Below, in pieces: positions 27,872 through 36,691 of a stretch of DNA of 64,000 bases; position 1 is the stretch's first letter, and the number at the start of each line of letters is the position of its first letter. Source of the DNA: an uncultured virus (IMG/VR IMGVR_UViG_3300031841_004478) (Duplodnaviria > Heunggongvirae > Uroviricota > Caudoviricetes); the IMG/VR virus record IMGVR_UViG_3300031841_004478. The stretch is one strand, 5' to 3'. The notes beneath the pieces were generated by a model, which was given only the letters and a program-made list of their open reading frames with translations, did no database searches and was not told where the DNA came from. Position numbers and translations under genes: made by a program.

Positions 27872-28287
27872 TTAATCATATTACTTATAGTCTGATGACG
27901 CCAATTGAGATTATTTATGATCTCCTGCAATGTCTCAACCATTGTCTTATAGTATTGAATTTTCTCTTCTGATTTTTGTATTTCAGGATCTGCATCATAA
28001 TAGTATTCCATTTCACCCTTTAAGATTTTCATACCATCAAAAGGATCTAATGCCCATCCAGTTTCTTTTATTTCTTCTTCTGTCATCTTACCATTATAAT
28101 ATAACCACTTTTGTTTTAGCAAAGTTTTTTGTTTAAACTCTGCACGCTTTAACATTAGTTTTGCTGTGGAAAGATATTCGAGATATTTACCATGAAGTAT
28201 TGGTGTATCTCTTGAGGTTTCATCTAAATGATATTCATCAATAGCATTTTCACTTCGCCATTCAGCGAGAATTTTTTCTAAATCCAT
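27844..28287 (-). CDS. uvsY: recombination mediator UvsY
   Basis: P.LH.KYL, KWLYYNGK, Y.DAD, I.NMIKW.QF; synteny. Confidence 0.88.
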   Translation of the reverse strand: MDLEKILAEWRSENAIDEYHLDETSRDTPILHGKYLEYLSTAKLMLKRAEFKQKTLLKQKWLYYNGKMTEEEIKETGWALDPFDGMKILKGEMEYYYDADPEIQKSEEKIQYYKTMVETLQEIINNLNWRHQTISNMIKWKQFESGN

Positions 28288-28295
28288 AATATACC

Positions 28296-28796
28296 TTATA
28301 ATAATTCAAAATAACTAAATCTAAATGATGCTCCAAAAGTAACGAATTCAGTACCACTTGCAGTAGATTGGAATTGCACATCTGTTAATGCAACTGGCAT
28401 ACAATCTATATATCTGATTTGTTTTGTCACGTTATTATGACTTGATAATATTGATAATACAATATCTGATACTGTTGGTGGTCTTATTCCCGCATCTTCT
28501 AATCTTGAATTTTCATTATTATCAAGATTAGTTCTCATCCAATTATACATTTCATTGTACGCATCCATATTTTCATCTACAATAATATTTGCAAGTAATT
28601 CATTAAACGTAAGTTTATCACCTACAAATGGAATTGATTGTAGTTTTCGAAACGGTACTTCAACTGCATTCATTATCATACCAGGATGAGTAAAATCCTG
28701 ACAGAAAAACTCCAAATTTGGGAAGTTTTTTCTATCAATCGTTATCTTAAACGACGTGGGCTGTAAGTAGTTAATATTTGATGTTAGTTCTGCCAT
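28296..28796 (-). CDS. gp3: tail tube terminator / tail completion protein
   Basis: NYLQP..F, VGDKL.F, VDENM..Y.E.Y.W, F.FSYFE; position after gp23. Confidence 0.85.
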   Translation of the reverse strand: MAELTSNINYLQPTSFKITIDRKNFPNLEFFCQDFTHPGMIMNAVEVPFRKLQSIPFVGDKLTFNELLANIIVDENMDAYNEMYNWMRTNLDNNENSRLEDAGIRPPTVSDIVLSILSSHNNVTKQIRYIDCMPVALTDVQFQSTASGTEFVTFGASFRFSYFELL

Positions 28797-28801
28797 GATT
28801 C

Positions 28802-28809
28802 TATTTATA
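28802..28809 (-). promoter_or_regulatory. T4 late promoter TATAAATA
   Basis: Exact consensus, only 5 nt before gp3 ATG. Confidence 0.8.
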
Positions 28810-28820
28810 ACAGTTTACAT

Positions 28821-28846
28821 AAAAAAAGAGGCGCCGAAGCGCCTCT
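28821..28846 (-). terminator. intrinsic terminator after gp23 (cUUCGg tetraloop)
   Basis: AGAGGCGC-TTCG-GCGCCTCT followed by U-run. Confidence 0.92.
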
Positions 28847-28868
28847 GAGTTGAGATAGAACTTTTTTA

Positions 28869-30203
28869 TCAAGAACCTAGAATGTCGTCCACTCTGAAGA
28901 TTCTGTAGTATTGGTTGGTTTTTGCTGTTGCAAGACCATCGCGGTTAGACATATTTCCAACATCTACGAATGGGTTTGATACCATGCCGTAGCGTGTTTT
29001 GAAGCCAATTTTTGGCTGGAATGTGTCTTCTCCAACTGCACGTACCATAGTTAGTGGTACATATGGGCAGTAGAATACACCAGCGTCATATGGGTTAGTG
29101 CCTTTGTAACCAACAGTTACATAGTCATTAGTTGCATATGGGTCGATGTATACGCGAGTACGACCGTTTAGTACACCAGCAAATGTGTTGCCTGTGTCGT
29201 CAACGTTCAAGTTAGTGCTTAGAGCTGGTGTGTAGTCCAACATACCTGCTGCGCTCAAAGAAGAAGCAACGTCGCTTGAGCAGATGATAAAGTTACCTTT
29301 ACCTCTACGTGTTTCTTTTGCGATTACGTTTGATTCACGCTCGATCTGCATGATCAAGCCTTTGAACTTCTCTACTGACCAACGACCATCAGCATCTGTT
29401 TGTACGTTGAAGATACCATTGATAGCTGTGTTGGTTGTTAGAGCACCAAGCTTCGCTTGTGAGTTGATTGTACGAATTACTTCGCGGTTGATTTCAGCCA
29501 TGATCTCAGTTGACAAGATGTTCGCCAACTCAGTTTCAGCATCAAGACCATGAATTGCTTTCAAGTCTTGTGCTAATTCTAAGCTGTATTCCGCTTTCAA
29601 CGCACGTGACTTCGCAGTCACAGTTGCTTTTTCAATGGTGAAACCCATTTCGTTGAACGCAGAACCACCTGTAGAACCAAGTGCTTCAGCATCTGCCAAT
29701 GGCATTGCTGAACCTGCAAGAGCAGTAGTAACAGAGTCAGCAATTGTGCTGTCGCCGTCACCATCAGTTGAAGTACCAAGACCTGAACCGTCTGCTGGCT
29801 GTGTGAAGTTTGAGTCACCTGAGTAACCTGTGTTTGCTTCGTTGAACAATGCTTCATCATCTACAGACTGACCATTAGCAGCAGTTTTGTAACGTGAACG
29901 CATTGCAAAGATAAGACCTGTTGGTCCTGTCATTGGCTGAACACCACATACGTCATATGCCATTAAGTTTGGCATTGCGCGACGTACAAGTGCGATTAGG
30001 ATTGGGTTCCAATTAGCAGCTGCACCAGTGTTGTTTGTTGGAGCTGCTTCATTGATCATGCCCTCTTCCATAAGAGCTTTTTCTTGGTTCTCAAGAATTG
30101 CTGCTGTTACAGCTCTTCTGTGAGCGTCTTTAATTGAGCCTGCAGATTCTTCATTAAGAACTGGGCTCCACTTTTCGACGAGTTTGTCGTATGCTACTTG
30201 CAT
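28869..30203 (-). CDS. gp23: major capsid protein
   Basis: GVQPMTGPTGLIFAMR, KSRALKAEYS.ELAQDLKA.HGLDAE.EL, FQPKIGFKTRYG. Confidence 0.99.
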   Translation of the reverse strand: MQVAYDKLVEKWSPVLNEESAGSIKDAHRRAVTAAILENQEKALMEEGMINEAAPTNNTGAAANWNPILIALVRRAMPNLMAYDVCGVQPMTGPTGLIFAMRSRYKTAANGQSVDDEALFNEANTGYSGDSNFTQPADGSGLGTSTDGDGDSTIADSVTTALAGSAMPLADAEALGSTGGSAFNEMGFTIEKATVTAKSRALKAEYSLELAQDLKAIHGLDAETELANILSTEIMAEINREVIRTINSQAKLGALTTNTAINGIFNVQTDADGRWSVEKFKGLIMQIERESNVIAKETRRGKGNFIICSSDVASSLSAAGMLDYTPALSTNLNVDDTGNTFAGVLNGRTRVYIDPYATNDYVTVGYKGTNPYDAGVFYCPYVPLTMVRAVGEDTFQPKIGFKTRYGMVSNPFVDVGNMSNRDGLATAKTNQYYRIFRVDDILGS

Positions 30204-30210
30204 AATTGGA

Positions 30211-31299
30211 TTACTCCCTATTTGTTTGTCTTAGTGCAGTTAGATATTTTGCCATTGAATCTGTTGCAGTGATTTCTGCTCCGTCATCAACATCAGTTGG
30301 ATCTAGATCTGCGGACTCGGTTACTGATTTTTTAAAATATGATTCTTTAACGGTAGCAACTTTTTTCGTAAAAGTTTCTTCGTCTTCAAAATCAATATCT
30401 TCTACTAGACCTTTTAGTTTTTCAACTTGAGTTTCGGCTAGATCTTTAGAAGCTTCACGAATAACTTTTTCGCGCTTTAGTGTTTCTAATTCTTCAGCCA
30501 TTTCGATTTGCTTACCAGTAGAGCTGTTAAGTTTCTCTTCAAGTTCTTCAACTGTTTCGGCTAGTTCGTCAACTAGGTCGACTTTAGACTCTGGTACTTC
30601 GATGTAAGATTCAGTGAATAGATCTTTCAAGCTATTCATGAATTTTTCTGCGATCTCTGTACGTAGGCCTGATTGGATTGCAACTTTGTTGTCTTCCATC
30701 CAGCCTTCTACAACATAGTTCAAATAGTTATCTACTTGATCTACAAGACCTGCTTTAGTAGATTCAATCTCTTCAGCAAGCTCTTCGTTGTACTTTTCTT
30801 CAAGGCGATCGATTTCTTCTGCTAGCTTCGATTTGATAGCTGCTTCGAAAATAACACCTGCTTTATCCTTGAACTCTTCGCTTAGAGTTGCTTCATCAGC
30901 AATCAATGCATTGAGATCATCAGAAAAATCTGCTTGGTAGTCGATGTCAGCTACTGGCATTTCTACCACTTCGCCTTCTTCTACACCTTCAGCAAACATT
31001 TTTCCATATAGTTCTGACATTTCAGCTTTAGTCATTTTTGACATATGCTGGAAAGCAGCATTAATCATGCCAGCTTTCGTGCCAGGAACTGGAGTTGCAG
31101 GAGCTTTTTGCATGGCGTCTTTGCCACCTTTATCACCTTTACGTGCCTTAGCATTAGGTCCTTTGTCACCTGCAGCGTCTACAGATGCAACGGACTGAGC
31201 CTCAGCATTTTTCGGATCATGAGTTGTTCCTTCCACGACTTCGTTCTCTTCGTCATGGAGTTCTACATCCTGATCTTCTATTTGATTTTCATCAGTCAT
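30211..31299 (-). CDS. gp22: prohead core scaffold protein
   Basis: LSEEFK.KA..IFEAA, YLNYVVE.WM..N; acidic; synteny. Confidence 0.93.
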   Translation of the reverse strand: MTDENQIEDQDVELHDEENEVVEGTTHDPKNAEAQSVASVDAAGDKGPNAKARKGDKGGKDAMQKAPATPVPGTKAGMINAAFQHMSKMTKAEMSELYGKMFAEGVEEGEVVEMPVADIDYQADFSDDLNALIADEATLSEEFKDKAGVIFEAAIKSKLAEEIDRLEEKYNEELAEEIESTKAGLVDQVDNYLNYVVEGWMEDNKVAIQSGLRTEIAEKFMNSLKDLFTESYIEVPESKVDLVDELAETVEELEEKLNSSTGKQIEMAEELETLKREKVIREASKDLAETQVEKLKGLVEDIDFEDEETFTKKVATVKESYFKKSVTESADLDPTDVDDGAEITATDSMAKYLTALRQTNRE

Positions 31300-31311
31300 A
31301 GATGACTCCTT

Positions 31312-31971
31312 TTAAAATTTAGATTTGAGTAACGAGAGGAAATTCTTAAACTCACGAACCTGTGTCTCATAGAGATCAGTACGTGGAGCCTTTTTAATTT
31401 CAGTCTCCATTTCTTCAATTGCTCTTCGCTCAATAATGCCGTTGTTCCATACCCACTCAACACCTTCCATTACCCCATTTACGAAAGCGCTAGGTGCGGA
31501 GGGATCCTGAACAATATCTACTGCATTGAGTAGAAAGTCGTCTTTAACGACCATTGCGTCATTAGTTCGCTGTAAGCTTCCCATACCACGAGTCGAAACG
31601 CCCAGTTGAACACCACCTTCGAGTAGACCTTGTACAATCTTACCCATAGGAGTTTCCAATACTGTGGCTTTTCCCACAACATTGTTACCTGACCAATCCA
31701 GGCTTTCAATCTTGTGTGAAACCTTATCCAGATTAACAGTTGGTCCTTCAGGATGATTTAATTCTCCAACCGCACGTCCTTTTTGTACTTGCTCAACATT
31801 GTATTTGTTAACAGCATTTTCCATTACAGTACGTGGGTAAATCCGACCATTTCTGTTCTTCTGTTCAGCGGACATAAACACACCTTCAATAGAATACTTT
31901 TTAGACCCGTCTTTACGAGCCTCAGTAAGTACTTCTAGATGGTCTTCTGTATATTCCGCTATTAATCTCAT
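31312..31971 (-). CDS. gp21: prohead protease
   Basis: NRNGRIYP, GELNHP, GVSTRGMGS, DIV.DPSAP.AFV. Confidence 0.97.
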   Translation of the reverse strand: MRLIAEYTEDHLEVLTEARKDGSKKYSIEGVFMSAEQKNRNGRIYPRTVMENAVNKYNVEQVQKGRAVGELNHPEGPTVNLDKVSHKIESLDWSGNNVVGKATVLETPMGKIVQGLLEGGVQLGVSTRGMGSLQRTNDAMVVKDDFLLNAVDIVQDPSAPSAFVNGVMEGVEWVWNNGIIERRAIEEMETEIKKAPRTDLYETQVREFKNFLSLLKSKF

Positions 31972-32168
31972 TTCATATCCCTATATTGTTTAATAAATGT
32001 TTCTCCGGCCTTAAATGCTTCTCGCTCTGTACGATATGCATCAAGTGGATCTCCATCTACATAAGCAACATATTTTCCTTTTTCGTTTGTTACTACTACT
32101 TTAATCCCATTAAAGGACCTTGTTTTACCTTTAACTTTTTGTTTCCGTAGAGAGTTAAACCGTTTCAT
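31968..32168 (-). CDS. small basic protein in gp68 position
   Basis: 66-aa ORF after late promoter, ATGA overlap with gp21. Confidence 0.65.
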   Translation of the reverse strand: MKRFNSLRKQKVKGKTRSFNGIKVVVTNEKGKYVAYVDGDPLDAYRTEREAFKAGETFIKQYRDMK

Positions 32169-32184
32169 TGTTTCTTCTTACTAT

Positions 32185-32192
32185 TATTTATA
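32185..32192 (-). promoter_or_regulatory. T4 late promoter TATAAATA
   Basis: Exact consensus upstream of the prohead genes. Confidence 0.8.
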
Positions 32193-32256
32193 ATAATTTA
32201 AATTTTCACTGTCTAAACTTATGAGAACACGATACGTAGTTTCACGTACATCTCCG

Positions 32257-32577
32257 CTATGTGTCGTCGTCCTCGTCGTCCTCGTCTCCCATTTCGAGTT
32301 CAGCATCATTATCGGGCTCTTGTAAGTCTTCGGTCTCACTTTCTTCATCGGATTGTGCGATATTATCTTCTTCTCCGACATCATCATCCTCGAGATCGAG
32401 TTCAAGCTGTTCTTCTTCAGCTCCGTTATAGATTTGATCAGCGAGTTTAATTTTTTCTTGATCTAATGCATCATTTACTCGCTGTGTCATAATTTCACCA
32501 AAAATTTCATTGGCTTTATTATAATCTTTATTCAATGCATGTTGGATCATATCAGTTGTCATTGTCATTGTCTTCAC
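32257..32577 (-). CDS. acidic prohead core protein (gp67-like)
   Basis: Directly after portal; very acidic C-terminal half. Confidence 0.7.
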   Translation of the reverse strand: MKTMTMTTDMIQHALNKDYNKANEIFGEIMTQRVNDALDQEKIKLADQIYNGAEEEQLELDLEDDDVGEEDNIAQSDEESETEDLQEPDNDAELEMGDEDDEDDDT

Positions 32578-34072
32578 TTTCTTTTGGTTCTATTTCACCA
32601 GATTGAGTTTCACTTTTTATTTCATTTTTCATTCTCTTAATTTCTTCGTCATCTAATAAGAGGACATGTTTAAATACAAATTCCTTTGAAAAGAATTCTC
32701 CAACATATTGTTGCATTTGATCAAGAGTTTGAATTTTTTCTCTAAGTAGTTCTGCGTCTTTTAATTCTGTGAAATGGTTATCACGTACGTAATCAACTAC
32801 TATGTCATTTTTAATTTTATCCCAATCTTCTTCAGTAATAACACCTTTTAGAATCAATTGAGTTTTAAGAATACCATAAAATAAATGAGCAAATCTACGG
32901 CGTAATCTATCAATAAACTTTTGGAATTTCAATTCATCTCTTGAAATCTCAGTAGATCGCCCTAAACTAAATTGTGCTTCTTGTTCCAAACGATTAATTG
33001 GAACATTAAGAGATCTGTACATTCTTTTTTGGAAATATATAATGTCATCAATTTGTCCAAGATTTTCACCGCCAGGAAGTGTAGAAATTTCAGTACCTCT
33101 TCCACCTTCTCTACGTGGCAACCAAAAATCTTCGAGCAATGATTGATGTTTACGATCATCTCGTATTTCGCCAGTTTTAGCATCGTATACTAGCTTATTA
33201 CGATACTTAGCCATAATGTCTTTCATATATTGTTCGGATTTACCACGTGGTAAGTTACCAACATCAATATAGAAAATACGTCTTTCAGGTGCTCGAGCTA
33301 GTCTATAGATGACTAGTGAGTCTTCCATCATACGCAATTGATTAATAGGCTTAATTGCTTTATGAAGATAAGATACAACCTTTTTACGTGATTCATCAAG
33401 TAAACCTGATGTCACATAACTCACTGCATCTAAACTTAATTTCACACCAGCTGTTTGTTGTCCTGGTTTTTCTTGGTAGATATAATATTCATCAACCTTC
33501 TCAACTAAGTTTGCTCCAGTTTTAGGATCTTTTTTCTTCTTAATTTGTTTTACTTTACGAATCTTAGCTGAATCAATTGGTCTAATTTCTTGAATACCAG
33601 CTTTTAGTTGAGATTCATTAACGACTAAGTGATGATAGATTCTGCCATCGACATACCATCTTTTGAAAATATCGTGACCGTTTTCTTGAAAGTTTAACAT
33701 AGCAACAATATTATCAAACTCTTCTTTAATAGTTTTCTTAATATTATCTGGTTGCTCTAAGTTATCCAGATTAATATCAATAGGTTGTTCCATTGCACCC
33801 CCAGCAATAGATTCTCCTACGATATCTTCAATCGCGGCATCAACTTCTGGATGCATAGAACATCCACGATATTTCATAATAAGTTGATGGTTATCTTTTG
33901 AGTCATCACCATCAATATTAAGATATTGACCGTAATGTGTACCTGATGCTGTAACATATCCAGCACCATCATCATCTACTGGTGGCACAATAGACGGAAG
34001 CTTCTTCGGATCAGCCGACTTTCTTTTTATTTCAAAACCAAATAGTGTAACACTTCTATCGTTTTCTGCCAT
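32552..34072 (-). CDS. gp20: portal protein
   Basis: WYVDGR, YRLARAPERRIFYIDVGNLP, EDFWLPRREGGRGTEI.TLPGG. Confidence 0.99.
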   Translation of the reverse strand: MAENDRSVTLFGFEIKRKSADPKKLPSIVPPVDDDGAGYVTASGTHYGQYLNIDGDDSKDNHQLIMKYRGCSMHPEVDAAIEDIVGESIAGGAMEQPIDINLDNLEQPDNIKKTIKEEFDNIVAMLNFQENGHDIFKRWYVDGRIYHHLVVNESQLKAGIQEIRPIDSAKIRKVKQIKKKKDPKTGANLVEKVDEYYIYQEKPGQQTAGVKLSLDAVSYVTSGLLDESRKKVVSYLHKAIKPINQLRMMEDSLVIYRLARAPERRIFYIDVGNLPRGKSEQYMKDIMAKYRNKLVYDAKTGEIRDDRKHQSLLEDFWLPRREGGRGTEISTLPGGENLGQIDDIIYFQKRMYRSLNVPINRLEQEAQFSLGRSTEISRDELKFQKFIDRLRRRFAHLFYGILKTQLILKGVITEEDWDKIKNDIVVDYVRDNHFTELKDAELLREKIQTLDQMQQYVGEFFSKEFVFKHVLLLDDEEIKRMKNEIKSETQSGEIEPKESEDNDNDN

Positions 34073-34087
34073 TTAAAAATTCCCTAG

Positions 34088-34119
34088 TATAAATCAGGGC
34101 TGGTGTACCAGCCCTGATT
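34088..34119 (-). terminator. perfect hairpin after gp19 (terminator or processing/stability stem)
   Basis: 12-bp perfect stem AATCAGGGCTGG / CCAGCCCTGATT (34092..34119); only a short U-tract follows. Confidence 0.7.
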
Positions 34120-34130
34120 ACTGTATTTAT

Positions 34131-34658
34131 TTAAGTAGTTGTTGCGGCTTCAAAGTACTGATACGCGAAAGTTGTTGTAAATCTTTCGATATCATCGTTT
34201 GTTCCGTAGTTTAGATCGATTGGAGACAAATCAGTAGGGAATGCACCTCTAAAGATGTATTCTTTAATTGATAATCCTTCACGATCTAGTTGTTCTACTT
34301 TCAGATCTGCTTCGTAAAGAATAGGAGTTGAAAGACCAGTATTTGCTGAGTGAGCATTCATACCATTCATCCATCTTTCCATTGAATCACGAATTGCGAA
34401 ATCTGTATCGTTAATAATTGTCACAGTCCATTCTGCGAATGTGCGATCACCAGCCATTTTAAGTTGGCGTCCACGAAATGGAACCACAATAGTACCAAGT
34501 GTTGAACCCGGTAATTGCGCTGCTTCGATTAAAAACGAAGTAAGTTCAGCATCCCCACCAGCATAGGCAGGAAAGTTGATTGTTGCTTTAAAGAGATTAG
34601 GACGTGCGCCTCCACCTCTTAATTTTGATTTGAAATCATCTACACCTAAAACTGCCAT
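34131..34658 (-). CDS. gp19: tail tube protein
   Basis: GGARPNLF, FRGR.LK.AGDRTF..W..T..ND.DF.IR. Confidence 0.96.
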   Translation of the reverse strand: MAVLGVDDFKSKLRGGGARPNLFKATINFPAYAGGDAELTSFLIEAAQLPGSTLGTIVVPFRGRQLKMAGDRTFAEWTVTIINDTDFAIRDSMERWMNGMNAHSANTGLSTPILYEADLKVEQLDREGLSIKEYIFRGAFPTDLSPIDLNYGTNDDIERFTTTFAYQYFEAATTT

Positions 34659-34669
34659 TTTCTATCTCC

Positions 34670-36619
34670 TTACACTGTGCCTACGACTTCTTCGAAGTCA
34701 ACACCAGTTCTCACAGCTACGAAGTTTAGAGTGACATAGTTGATAGAACGTGCTGGCTTGATGAAGATGTTTGCAATGAATTCATTACGATCGATTACTG
34801 CAGCTGTGTTGTTGGTTTCGTCAGCAACTACACGGAAATCAGTAATACCTCTTCGGCCTTTTACTTCTCTCAACACTGGTTCGATGATGTTCACAAATTC
34901 TGCTCTTGTAAATTCGTCGTTGAATTCAAACAGAACTTGCTCAGCCGCTCTTGCAATTGCTCTTTCAAGAACAAGGAAGAGTCTGCGAACGTTGATTCTA
35001 TCGAACGCTGATGCTCTTGTGAGCATTGTCTTATCACCAAAGAGCAGTGTTCCTTGACCAGGAATATTTGCGATTGGGTTAACACTTGCTTTATAAAGAG
35101 TATCACGTTGACCTTTTGTTGGCGAATAAGAAATTGAAGTAATTCCTAGGTATCCACCTCTGCGTGAACCAGCAGGTGAGAACCATGGAGCTCTTTCAAT
35201 ATCTGTTTTTGCCATAAGACCAGCAGTTGAAGATGCCGCTGGAATATGAATATATTGATCATTAAACTTATCATAGACTTTTAGATAGTTATTATCCATT
35301 ACATGATAAGAAGATCTTTTACTTAGCGCGTTTGCTGCAGCAACTGTATCTGTTACGATATTTGCTGTGTTTGTGATATTCACAACTTTATCTCTTGGAG
35401 GAGAAGAAGTTACTACACAATCTTTACGAGCTTCAGCAGTAGCTACAAGGTCATTTACTGTGGTAGTCCAAGCATCGCCTGACAAACCAGGTGCAATTAA
35501 GAAATCAACTTCGACTTGATCTTTATCTTCAAAGAAATCATGTCCAGTTGAATATTCTGCGGCACCTAAAGCTGCTGAATTTGTCCCATTGCTGAAAGTA
35601 TGGGAAATAATGCCTGTTACAGCACTTGCAAAATCAGTGTTATCAGTATCTTGAATTACTTCACCAGCACCAGATGTTTTTTGATCTGAATCCCATTGAG
35701 CCATATGAACATAAGATGATCTTTGATTAATCACATCTAAAGCGTAATTATTCGTACCATCTGCATTTGTAGCTCCTTTTACCTTTGAAAGGAAAGGATA
35801 TGTTTCTAATACTGCTCCTTTTGTACCAGTAATTGTTCCTTTATCATCAACAACTACAACATGAATTTCATCATTCGCTGCTGTTCCAGGATTTCCTTCA
35901 ACATATGATGATGTTGCTGGAGCGCCATCAAAATTGTCTTCATAATCCCAACCATCAAAATCTGCTCCTCTTGCACAAATAGAAACTGCTAAGCTATTTC
36001 CAAGTGCTCCTGGATATCTTGCGGCAAATGTAATGTTACCACCGATTCCAGCATCAGAATCAAGAAGTAAGTTGCCTGCACCATCACTGTCTGTACCTAA
36101 TGCTTGAGTTTGAGTGATGTCACCAAGATTTGCGGCTTGTTCTTCCCAGTTATCAAAGTTTTTGATTAGAACTGTTTGATTTTGGTGATTTGTTGATGCT
36201 TCTGCAATTCTCAAAGTATTTTGAGAATCTGAAGAATATTTTGTATTCGTTAATGTTAATGTGGTTCCACCTGTATTCAGGTCACCATCAATTACTTCTC
36301 CACCAGTTGTGAGGCTAGCCTTTGTGGTAGAGAATGCGTTAGTTGCGGCTGATGTTACAGCCCTTACCACTTGCATATTACTTGAATATCTCAAGAAATA
36401 AGCTGCAGAGTGATAGTCGATGGTATTTGTCTCGTCAGGAGTTGCAAAGGTAGCTGCTAATTCTGTTTCATTAGCAATCTTTGTTCTCTTCTCGACAGGT
36501 CCCCATCTAAAATTTCCTACAATCGCGCCAGTAGTTGACTGTACGTTTGGAACGCCACCAGTCAGATCTATTTCTTTGACGACAACCGCTGGAGATTCGG
36601 AAGGTGCGCCTAATGCCAT
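34670..36619 (-). CDS. gp18: tail sheath protein
   Basis: SP.V.VKEIDLT, F.WGP, PWFSPAG..RG, FDRINVRRLF, FEFND.FTR. Confidence 0.98.
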   Translation of the reverse strand: MALGAPSESPAVVVKEIDLTGGVPNVQSTTGAIVGNFRWGPVEKRTKIANETELAATFATPDETNTIDYHSAAYFLRYSSNMQVVRAVTSAATNAFSTTKASLTTGGEVIDGDLNTGGTTLTLTNTKYSSDSQNTLRIAEASTNHQNQTVLIKNFDNWEEQAANLGDITQTQALGTDSDGAGNLLLDSDAGIGGNITFAARYPGALGNSLAVSICARGADFDGWDYEDNFDGAPATSSYVEGNPGTAANDEIHVVVVDDKGTITGTKGAVLETYPFLSKVKGATNADGTNNYALDVINQRSSYVHMAQWDSDQKTSGAGEVIQDTDNTDFASAVTGIISHTFSNGTNSAALGAAEYSTGHDFFEDKDQVEVDFLIAPGLSGDAWTTTVNDLVATAEARKDCVVTSSPPRDKVVNITNTANIVTDTVAAANALSKRSSYHVMDNNYLKVYDKFNDQYIHIPAASSTAGLMAKTDIERAPWFSPAGSRRGGYLGITSISYSPTKGQRDTLYKASVNPIANIPGQGTLLFGDKTMLTRASAFDRINVRRLFLVLERAIARAAEQVLFEFNDEFTRAEFVNIIEPVLREVKGRRGITDFRVVADETNNTAAVIDRNEFIANIFIKPARSINYVTLNFVAVRTGVDFEEVVGTV

Positions 36620-36680
36620 ATCTGTTCCTCTTCGGTTACTAATTATATGTTCTCATAATACGGTTATCTTCAATTACTAT

Positions 36681-36688
36681 TATTTATA
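36681..36688 (-). promoter_or_regulatory. T4 late promoter TATAAATA
   Basis: Exact consensus upstream of gp18. Confidence 0.8.
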
Positions 36689-36691
36689 TGT

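Noticed and set aside
32184..32405. 73-aa minus-strand ORF overlapping the gp67-like gene
   Set aside because: Alternative frame of the acidic low-complexity tail, running through the intergenic hairpin and late promoter
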